In this document: positions 51,714-59,044 of the stretch, piece by piece | Position numbering within the stretch: the first letter of the stretch is position 1 | How the letters are laid out: the number at the start of each line of letters is the position of its first letter | Source: Nitrosospira sp. | GTDB lineage: Bacteria > Pseudomonadota > Gammaproteobacteria > Burkholderiales > Nitrosomonadaceae | DNA length: 64,000 bases | NCBI GenBank assembly: GCA_043721435.1 | Contig: JAYSQR010000038.1 | Span: 7,629-71,628 of the forward strand | Direction: 5' to 3' | Notes under the pieces: generated by a model | What the model saw: the letters and a program-made list of their open reading frames with translations, nothing else | Database searches by the model: none | Told to the model about the DNA's origin: nothing | Translations under genes and position numbers: made by a program

Positions 51714-53420
51714 ATGCAACCACTAAACCTTGTCCTGCTGTGGCACATGCACCAGCCGGATTACCGTAATTACAAGACCGGCGAATTTACGCTGCCGTGG
51801 GTGTATCTGCATGCCATCAAGGATTACACCGACATGGCGCATCACCTTGAGGCGCATCCGCGCATCAAGGCAGTCGTGAATTTTGTGCCGGTGTTGCTGG
51901 ACCAGCTGGAAGATTACGCCGCACAGTTCGCCCTGGGGCGGATGCGCGATCCGCTATTGCGCTTGCTGGCCAACCCAGACCTGGAGCAGGTATCCGCGAG
52001 CGACTGTCTGCATGTATTCGATAGTTGCTTTAGCAGCAACCATGCCACCATGATGCAGCCGTATCCGGCGTACCAACGCCTGTATGATCTGCACGAAACG
52101 CTGCGTGGACATGGCGAGGCCCAATTGGCTTATCTTTCCGGTCAATACCTGGCGGACTTGCTGGTGTGGTATCACCTGGCATGGACCGGCGAGAGTGTGC
52201 GCCGAGGCAATGAGGTGGTGGCGCGATTGATGGCGCAAGGCGGGAATTTTAGCCACGCTGACCGGGTTGAATTGTTTAATCTGATTGGAGAATTGATTCA
52301 GGGGTTGATTCCGCGCTACCGCAAGCTGGCCGAGTCGGGTCAGATCGAGCTGTCCACTACGCCGCATTACCATCCACTCTCGCCGCTGCTGATTGATTTT
52401 TCTTCGGCCCGTGACAGTCTGCCCGGTGTTGTTTTGCCGACGGAAGAGGTTTATCCGGGGGGGCGCAGCCGTGTCGCATTTCATCTGACATCGGCGATCG
52501 AGAGCCATGCGCGGCGCTTCGGCATCAAACCTACTGGCGTATGGCCGGCGGAAGGCGCGGTATCGTCGCCATTGCTGGAAATCCTGGCAGAGCACGGCTG
52601 TCAATGGAGTGCCAGCAGCGAGGGCGTGCTGGTCAATAGTTTGCACAAATCATATCCTGACAAGCCGTTGCCGGAGCGAGGCCGTTATCTTTACCGCCCC
52701 TACCGGGTGCAGGGGAGAGCCGATGGCATGACCTGTTTTTTCCGTGACGATAAACTATCGGACATGATCGGTTTCGAGTATGCCAAATGGTTTGGACGCG
52801 ATGCCGCCGAGCATCTGGTGCACTCGTTGGAAGAAATCAGCCGTGCTGCCCCAGCGGAAGAGAGCCCAGTGGTGAGCGTGATTCTGGATGGTGAGAATGC
52901 CTGGGAATACTATCCTTACAACGGCTATTATTTTTTTAATGATCTTTATGAAATTCTTGAAAATCATTCTTCAGTCCGCACCACTACTTACCGCGATTAT
53001 GTCGCATCCCCAGAGTTTGCCGACGCCGTCGTGCTACCAGTACTGGCGGCGGGTAGCTGGGTGTACGGGACATTTTCCACCTGGATCGGTGACCACGACA
53101 AAAACCATGCGTGGGACCTGTTATGCGCCGCCAAGCATAGCTACGATCTGGTGATGCAAAGCGGGCGCCTGACGGACGAGGAAAAGGCCGCAGCCGGACG
53201 GCAACTGGCTTCCTGCGAAAGCTCAGACTGGTTCTGGTGGCTGGGTGATTACAATCCGCCGAATGTGGTGGAGGGGTTTGATAAGCTGTTTCGCGACAAT
53301 CTGGCCAATCTTTACAGTTTGCTGAAACTGCCGGTACCGGCAGCGGTGCTTAAGCCTATCAGTCATGGTAGCGGACATCCCGAGTCGGGCGGTACGATGC
53401 GGCGGGCGACGCAGGAATAA
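51714..53420 (+). CDS. GH57-family glycoside hydrolase (amylase/branching-enzyme-like)
   Basis: GH57 conserved regions HMHQPDY, GQIELSTTPHYHP, GVWPAEGAVS (nucleophile Glu), and VILDGENAWEYY (acid/base Asp). Confidence 0.85.
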   Translation: MQPLNLVLLWHMHQPDYRNYKTGEFTLPWVYLHAIKDYTDMAHHLEAHPRIKAVVNFVPVLLDQLEDYAAQFALGRMRDPLLRLLANPDLEQVSASDCLHVFDSCFSSNHATMMQPYPAYQRLYDLHETLRGHGEAQLAYLSGQYLADLLVWYHLAWTGESVRRGNEVVARLMAQGGNFSHADRVELFNLIGELIQGLIPRYRKLAESGQIELSTTPHYHPLSPLLIDFSSARDSLPGVVLPTEEVYPGGRSRVAFHLTSAIESHARRFGIKPTGVWPAEGAVSSPLLEILAEHGCQWSASSEGVLVNSLHKSYPDKPLPERGRYLYRPYRVQGRADGMTCFFRDDKLSDMIGFEYAKWFGRDAAEHLVHSLEEISRAAPAEESPVVSVILDGENAWEYYPYNGYYFFNDLYEILENHSSVRTTTYRDYVASPEFADAVVLPVLAAGSWVYGTFSTWIGDHDKNHAWDLLCAAKHSYDLVMQSGRLTDEEKAAAGRQLASCESSDWFWWLGDYNPPNVVEGFDKLFRDNLANLYSLLKLPVPAAVLKPISHGSGHPESGGTMRRATQE

Positions 53421-53424
53421 TCTG

Positions 53425-55446
53425 ATGTCCCCACCCATTTCTCTGCTTTTCGGCGTTCATGCTCACCAGCCTGTCGGCAACTTTCCAGAAGTGCTGGCCG
53501 ATGCACACCTGCGCTGTTACCAACCCTTTCTGCGGATACTCTACCGCTACCCGGATTTCCACTTTGCGGTACATTTTTCCGGCTGGTTGCTGGATTATCT
53601 GATCGAACATTATCCGCAAGACATGGCACTGTTGCGGGAAATGGTGACGCGGGGGCAAGTGGAATTATTCGGTGCGGGCGACACCGAGCCGGTGCTGGCA
53701 GTGATCCCCAACCGTGATCGCATCGGGCAAATTCAGACTTTTTCTGACAAGCTGGAAATGAAATTAGGCCAGCGCCCCCAGGGTGCGTGGCTGACAGAGC
53801 GGGTGTGGGAAGCAACGGTAGTTCCGGCGCTGGCCGATTGCGGCATACGCTATGTGATTGTGGACGACTATCATTTTCTTTGCACCGGTAAAACGGTAGC
53901 GGAATTGAATGGTTATTTCACCACCGAGGAGGATGGACGCACGCTGGACCTGTTTCCCATTTCCGAAACCTTACGCTACAAGCTGCCGTTTTCTCCGGCC
54001 CACGAAGCGGTGGCGTACATCGAGTCTCTGGCCGAGGGCAGTACCGCAGACGGCGGCAATGCAGCGGTTTATTTCGATGACATCGAAAAATTCGGCATTT
54101 GGCCGGAAACTTACCAATGGGTATACGAAAAAGGCTGGCTCGACCAATTCATCCAAGGTGTGCTGGCCTCACCAAAAATCCGCACCCGGCACTACCGCGA
54201 TTATCATGCCAGCGAAAAGACTCGTGGCATAGTCTATCTGCCCACCACCTCTTACATTGAGATGAACGAGTGGACACTTCCTGCGCAACCAGCCAATGCC
54301 TACGCCGATTTGGTGCAGCAGGCAAAAACGGACGGCCGCTACGAACACGATAAAGCGTTTCTGCGCGGCGGCATCTGGAAGAATTTCTTTTCGCTCTATC
54401 CCGAGTCCAACTGGATGCACAAGCGCATGCTGGGGCTTTCCGCGCGTCTTGCCACGCTGCCGCAGACGCAGCGCACTGCCGCCATGCAGCAGAAGTTGTA
54501 CGAGTCTCAGGCCAACGACGCTTACTGGCATGGTTTGTTTGGCGGCCTGTATCTGCCGCACCTGCGCCGCGCCGTATATAACGACATGGTCGCCCTGGAA
54601 GCGATGCTCGATGCCTGTGCGCCGCGTCCGATGCGTTTCATGGAAGATACCGATCTTGACGGGGTGGATGAGGCATATCTGCAGAATGGCGTGCTCCAGG
54701 CGGTGTTGAAACTCGACGGTAATGCCTGTATCTGCGAACTTGATGCCTATGCATTCAATCACAACTTCGGTGATACCTTGCGGCGCCAGGCCGAGCATTA
54801 TTACCGCCGGATTCAACAGGGTGAGGGAGGCGGACACGGGCACAGTGATGCAGGCATTGCCTCGGCGCACGAGCGCGTCAATTTCAAGCATGAAATAAAT
54901 GCTGCGGACATGGAGGCTGACGATCATGTACGCGGACTATTCGTTGATCGTCTGAATGGTGTGTTCATGCACTACCGGCATGATCCTTCCACTGTGGGCG
55001 GCGTGCATTTCCTGGCAGATACTTCTTGCCTATCTGTTAGCAAAAGTTTCGAGCTTGCGGCTAACCGCCTGCATGTGTCGTATCGCTTTACCGGCGAAGC
55101 GGAAGGCGTATTTAGCACCGAACTCAATCTCGCCATGCCCAGTTGCGACGGCTGGGGCGGGCGCTACATTCACCAGGGGCAAATCCCCGGCGGCTTTGGT
55201 CAACCATTAGAGCTGGCTACGCTGGATGAGATAACGCTGGACGATGACGTGCTGGCCGGAAGCATTACCTTGCATGTTTCCTCGCCAGTGGCGCTATCTG
55301 CGCAGCCGCATTATTCCGTATCGCAGTCTGAGGGCGGATTCGAGAAAATCATGCAGGCGGTGACACTGAAACTGGAATGGCCGGTGACCGCTCGTGAGTT
55401 GACCATCACTCTGGAGATAGTCGTGCGCGGTAAGGAAGCTGCATGA
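53425..55446 (+). CDS. GH57-family 4-alpha-glucanotransferase-like protein
   Basis: VHAHQPVGNF, GQVELFGAGDTEP, GAWLTERVWE, and YFDDIEKFGIWP, plus a large C-terminal beta-rich extension. The ATG at 53425 lies 4 nt after the upstream stop. The ORF-track start at 53365 is rejected. Confidence 0.82.
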   Translation: MSPPISLLFGVHAHQPVGNFPEVLADAHLRCYQPFLRILYRYPDFHFAVHFSGWLLDYLIEHYPQDMALLREMVTRGQVELFGAGDTEPVLAVIPNRDRIGQIQTFSDKLEMKLGQRPQGAWLTERVWEATVVPALADCGIRYVIVDDYHFLCTGKTVAELNGYFTTEEDGRTLDLFPISETLRYKLPFSPAHEAVAYIESLAEGSTADGGNAAVYFDDIEKFGIWPETYQWVYEKGWLDQFIQGVLASPKIRTRHYRDYHASEKTRGIVYLPTTSYIEMNEWTLPAQPANAYADLVQQAKTDGRYEHDKAFLRGGIWKNFFSLYPESNWMHKRMLGLSARLATLPQTQRTAAMQQKLYESQANDAYWHGLFGGLYLPHLRRAVYNDMVALEAMLDACAPRPMRFMEDTDLDGVDEAYLQNGVLQAVLKLDGNACICELDAYAFNHNFGDTLRRQAEHYYRRIQQGEGGGHGHSDAGIASAHERVNFKHEINAADMEADDHVRGLFVDRLNGVFMHYRHDPSTVGGVHFLADTSCLSVSKSFELAANRLHVSYRFTGEAEGVFSTELNLAMPSCDGWGGRYIHQGQIPGGFGQPLELATLDEITLDDDVLAGSITLHVSSPVALSAQPHYSVSQSEGGFEKIMQAVTLKLEWPVTARELTITLEIVVRGKEAA

Positions 55447-55480
55447 TGCACAGCAGTCCTCTAGGAACCAGCCCGTTTCA

Positions 55481-56341
55481 TCAAATCACGTTGACGGGTA
55501 CTTTTAGATAAGTAGTACCGTTCGCTTCCGGCGGCGGCATCTCCCCAGCGCGCACATTGATCTGCACCGATGGCAGCAACAAAGTCGGCATCTCGAGCGT
55601 GGCGTCACGCGTTTCACGCATGGCAACAAACTCGTCTTCGCCAATGCCGTCATGTACATGAATGTTATGCGCGCGCTGTTCGGCCACCGTGCTTTGCCAC
55701 TGTGCGGGGCGATCTGTAGGCGGATAATCGTGGCACATGAATAATCGTGTTTCCGGCGATTGTGCAAGCAGTCGGCGCACCGAGCGGAACAGGCGGCGGG
55801 CATCACCGCCCGGAAAATCGGCGCGCGCCGTACCCACATCCGGCATGAACAGCGTATCGCCTACAAAGATTGCATCATCGAACTGGTACGCCAGATCGGC
55901 TGGTGTATGGCCTGGCAGCGCAATGGCTGTCGCATCCAGTTTTCCAACCTTGAAAGTTTCTCCATCTGCAAACAAGTGGTCGAACTGCCTGCCGTCCGGA
56001 ATGAAGTCATCACCGAGATTGAATATTTTCTTGAATGTTTCCTGCACCTGGGGAATTTCATGGCCTATGGCAATTCTTCCACCCAGTTTTTCCCTGAGAT
56101 AATGCGCGGATGAAAGGTGGTCGGCGTGCGCATGCGTTTCGAGTATCCATGCAACGTTCAGTCGCCGGTCGCGGATGAATGCAATCAGCTTGTCCGCGGA
56201 TGAGGTGCTGATCCTGGCCGATTTTGGCTCGTAATCCAGAACGGGATCGATAATTGCGCAACTCCCGCCAGGCTCGTCATATACAACATAGCTGACGGTC
56301 CATGTGGCTTGGTCAAAAAAAGCCTGGATCTGCGGGGACAT
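55481..56341 (-). CDS. MBL-fold hydrolase, Blh/ETHE1-like persulfide dioxygenase candidate
   Basis: ETHAHADH metal motif, and similarity to the Blh proteins of bigR operons. I prefer the second ATG (56341), preceded by AGGAGA. The ORF-track ATG at 56356 lacks an SD. Confidence 0.8.
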   Translation of the reverse strand: MSPQIQAFFDQATWTVSYVVYDEPGGSCAIIDPVLDYEPKSARISTSSADKLIAFIRDRRLNVAWILETHAHADHLSSAHYLREKLGGRIAIGHEIPQVQETFKKIFNLGDDFIPDGRQFDHLFADGETFKVGKLDATAIALPGHTPADLAYQFDDAIFVGDTLFMPDVGTARADFPGGDARRLFRSVRRLLAQSPETRLFMCHDYPPTDRPAQWQSTVAEQRAHNIHVHDGIGEDEFVAMRETRDATLEMPTLLLPSVQINVRAGEMPPPEANGTTYLKVPVNVI

Positions 56342-56368
56342 CGTTTTCTCCTGCATTTAAAGTTTTGT

Positions 56369-56407
56369 GTTGACAACAATATATCAATTTATATATTATT
56401 CGTCAAC
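56369..56407. promoter_or_regulatory. 39-bp imperfect palindrome containing back-to-back sigma70-like promoters and a likely BigR/SqrR-type operator
   Basis: The sequence is GTTGACAACAATATATCAATTTATATATTATTCGTCAAC. On the plus strand: TTGACA (56370-56375), 16 nt, TATATT (56392-56397). On the minus strand: TTGACG, 17 nt, TATATT. The arms GTTGAC...GTCAAC are exact. Confidence 0.5.
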
Positions 56408-56465
56408 ATAATGTTATTGGCTCGCAAGGAGCCGCTTCCAAAAATCAGGCAAAAGGATAAATAAG

Positions 56466-56900
56466 ATGTTGATCGACTGGAGTCACTTCACTCCATGGTC
56501 CGCGCTGGCAGGCGGGATGACCATTGGTATCGCGGCTGCGCTGTTCGCATTGCTGAACGGACGTATTGCCGGAATCTCCGGCATAGTCGGCGGATTGTTC
56601 AGGTTGCAGACGGGTGATATAGGCTGGCGTATTGCTTTTGTTGCGGGGCTGGTTGCTGCGCCGCTGGTATGGCAACTGTTTCATAGCCTGCCCACCTTTC
56701 AGATTGATACCGGCTACGGCATGCTGGCGCTGGCTGGTCTGGTTGTCGGCATCGGCACGCGCTACGGCTCCGGTTGTACCAGTGGTCACGGGGTTTGCGG
56801 AATGTCCCGTCTGTCGCCGCGCTCCATCGTTGCCACCCTGGTATTCATGGGCACGGGCTTCATCACCGTTTACCTCATGCGGCATGTGTTCGGCGGATAG
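56466..56900 (+). CDS. YeeE/YedE-family sulfur-compound transporter, half-size (part 1)
   Basis: 144 aa, 4 TM. GSGCTSGHGVCG conserved cysteine motif of PF04143. Confidence 0.8.
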   Translation: MLIDWSHFTPWSALAGGMTIGIAAALFALLNGRIAGISGIVGGLFRLQTGDIGWRIAFVAGLVAAPLVWQLFHSLPTFQIDTGYGMLALAGLVVGIGTRYGSGCTSGHGVCGMSRLSPRSIVATLVFMGTGFITVYLMRHVFGG

Positions 56901-56924
56901 CGCCATCATCGGAGGAGAAATCAA

Positions 56925-57371
56925 ATGGCCAACATCACTGCATTGCTAGCGGGTCTGATCTTTGGGCTGGGACTTATTCTGGCGGGAATGGCGAATCCAG
57001 CCAAGGTTCTGGCATTTCTCGATATCGCCGGCGCATGGGATCCTTCTCTCGCATTGGTCATGGGGGGCGCGATTGCCGTGGGATCGATCGCTTTCGCCGT
57101 GGCTGGCAGGCTCAGCCGCAGTTATCTGGGGTTGCCCATGCACTTGCCTACTGCGCGGGCGATCGATAAGCGCCTGGTGCTGGGGAGTCTTGCATTCGGT
57201 ATCGGCTGGGGGATGGCGGGCATCTGTCCCGGGCCAGCACTGGTTCTGCTGGGAGCTGGCAGCAGCGAAGGCATCGTGTTTGTGGCGGCAATGCTGCTGG
57301 GAATGGGGATCTTTGAAATTCTGGAAAGATCCAAATCCGTTGAACGGCCCAAAATGGGGCGGCATGTCTGA
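56925..57371 (+). CDS. YeeE/YedE-family membrane protein, half-size (part 2)
   Basis: 148 aa, 4 TM. GIGWGMAGICPGP motif. Typical partner of the preceding half-transporter. Confidence 0.75.
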   Translation: MANITALLAGLIFGLGLILAGMANPAKVLAFLDIAGAWDPSLALVMGGAIAVGSIAFAVAGRLSRSYLGLPMHLPTARAIDKRLVLGSLAFGIGWGMAGICPGPALVLLGAGSSEGIVFVAAMLLGMGIFEILERSKSVERPKMGRHV

Positions 57372-57378
57372 GGAATCG

Positions 57379-57429
57379 CTGAACAAGTCCCATGCGGGTG
57401 CGATGGGGGTTTTGCACGAAAGGCGGAGG
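57379..57429 (+). repeat. partial copy of the 3640-4023 element left end; forms a hairpin with a T-run and supplies the SD of the downstream regulator gene
   Basis: CTGAACAAGTCCCATGCGGGTGCG compares with CTGAACAAATCCCACGCGGGCGCA at 3647-3670. GCACGAAAGGCGGAGG compares with GCACGAAAGGCGAGGA at 3694-3709. Stem CCCAT/ATGGG (57389-57407) is followed by GGTTTTG. Confidence 0.5.
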
Positions 57430-57434
57430 TGTTT

Positions 57435-57758
57435 ATGAAAACGGAACCAGATTTGCCCAGCATTGCGGTGATACGCGCATCCGCAATGGAAGCCTGTTCC
57501 ATGCTGAAAGTGCTGGCAAACGAAGACAGGCTGCTCATTTTATGTCAGCTGATTCAAGGCGCCAGAAACGTCGGCGAGCTGGAAGAGTTGCTGGATATCC
57601 GGCAGCCTACACTATCACAGCAGCTCACCGTGCTGCGCGCAGAGGGGTTAGTCACAACTGAGCGCAAAGGTAAATACATCTATTACAGTCTGTCCAGCCA
57701 TGAAGTAATTCAAATCATGCAGACTTTATCCAGTCTTTATTGTGACAAGGGCCATTGA
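57435..57758 (+). CDS. ArsR/SmtB-family repressor of the BigR/SqrR persulfide-sensing type
   Basis: wHTH motif (LANEDRLLILCQL...VGELEELLDIRQPTLSQQLTVLR). Two cysteines, C37 and C103, are 66 residues apart, the same spacing as BigR C42/C108 and SqrR C41/C107 (from memory). ATG at 57435 with GGAGGTG upstream. Confidence 0.8.
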   Translation: MKTEPDLPSIAVIRASAMEACSMLKVLANEDRLLILCQLIQGARNVGELEELLDIRQPTLSQQLTVLRAEGLVTTERKGKYIYYSLSSHEVIQIMQTLSSLYCDKGH

Positions 57759-57761
57759 GTT

Positions 57762-58595
57762 ATGGAGCAGCAAGCAATCCAGATAACCAGTGCACTGCTA
57801 GGTTCTCTTGTGGGCATAATTCTCGCGCTTACTGGGGCAGGCGGCGCCATCATTGCGGTTCCCCTGCTCATCTTTGGTTTGCATCTTGCTGTTGCCGAGG
57901 CAGCCCCTATTGCGCTGCTTGCCGTGAGCTTGTCGGCTGCCATTGGAGCCATGCTGGCGCTGAAGCGGGGAAAAGTGAGATACCGGGCGGCCGGATTGAT
58001 CGCTGTTAGTGGTGTCCTGACTGCACCCATCGGCATCTGGGCAGCGCACAAATTACCCAACGCGCCTCTGACCCTGTTGTTTGCCATCGTATTGGCGTAC
58101 GTTGCGGTTCACATGCTGCGCCAGAGCAGGACGGTTGCTGCCAGGATTGAAGAGTCACGCCCTGTCGCTGTGCCCTGCCAGCTTGATACAGGCATCGGAC
58201 GTCTGATCTGGACAGAGCCTTGTGCCAGGGCGCTGGCAATTTCAGGCGCTTTTGCGGGTTCTTTGTCGGGTCTGCTGGGGGTTGGCGGTGGTTTTGTCGT
58301 GGTGCCCGCACTCAGGAAGGCCACCAATCTGGAGATGCAATCCATACTGGCAACAGCGCTTGCGGTGATCGCACTTATTTCCGCAACCGGTGTTGCCTCA
58401 GCCGTTTTGATTGGCGGAATGGACTGGTCAATCGGACTTCCATTTTCCGCTGGCGCGGTCGCGGGAATGGTGGCAGGCGGAATGTTTGCCAGGCGTTTTG
58501 CGGGTCCAAAGCTGCAGCAGAGTTTTGCTGTTCTCGCGCTGTGTGTGGCGATGGGCATGGTTGTTAAAGTGCTACTGGCTGCGGACATCGTTTAA
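57762..58595 (+). CDS. TauE/SafE-family sulfite/anion exporter
   Basis: 277 aa, about 8 TM, with duplicated GxGGGxxxxP-like motifs (LTGAGGAIIAVP; LLGVGGGFVVVP). Confidence 0.8.
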   Translation: MEQQAIQITSALLGSLVGIILALTGAGGAIIAVPLLIFGLHLAVAEAAPIALLAVSLSAAIGAMLALKRGKVRYRAAGLIAVSGVLTAPIGIWAAHKLPNAPLTLLFAIVLAYVAVHMLRQSRTVAARIEESRPVAVPCQLDTGIGRLIWTEPCARALAISGAFAGSLSGLLGVGGGFVVVPALRKATNLEMQSILATALAVIALISATGVASAVLIGGMDWSIGLPFSAGAVAGMVAGGMFARRFAGPKLQQSFAVLALCVAMGMVVKVLLAADIV

Positions 58596-58691
58596 CAGGC
58601 CGTGCGATTATTGGCTATACGGTTGTAGTGATGCCCGTAAAATTTCTGGTAAAATTACGGATTCTCAAAGAGCCCGCAAGGAAGAATTGCC

Positions 58692-59015
58692 ATGACTTAC
58701 GTAGTAACTGAAAACTGTATCAAGTGCAAATACACCGAGTGCGTAGATGTATGTCCGGTGGATTGCTTCCGCGAAGGCCCCAATTTTCTGGTGATTGATC
58801 CGGATGAATGCATCGATTGCACCCTGTGTGTAGCTGAGTGCCCAGTGGAGGCGATTTTTGCCGAGGATGACGTACCGGATAATCAGCAGAATTTCATCTC
58901 GCTCAATGCCGAATTGTCAAAAGTCTGGGGACCCATCATCGAGAAGAAAGATGCTCCGCCCGATGCCGACGAATGGGCAAAAGTGACAGATAAGCTGGAT
59001 AAGCTGGAACGCTGA
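58692..59015 (+). CDS. fdxA: 7Fe ferredoxin (Azotobacter FdI type)
   Basis: [25 protein letters not shown] and [12 protein letters not shown] cluster motifs. 107 aa. Confidence 0.93.
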   Translation: MTYVVTENCIKCKYTECVDVCPVDCFREGPNFLVIDPDECIDCTLCVAECPVEAIFAEDDVPDNQQNFISLNAELSKVWGPIIEKKDAPPDADEWAKVTDKLDKLER

Positions 59016-59044
59016 TCCGGCGCAGCGGTAGCTTGTCCCGCCGC

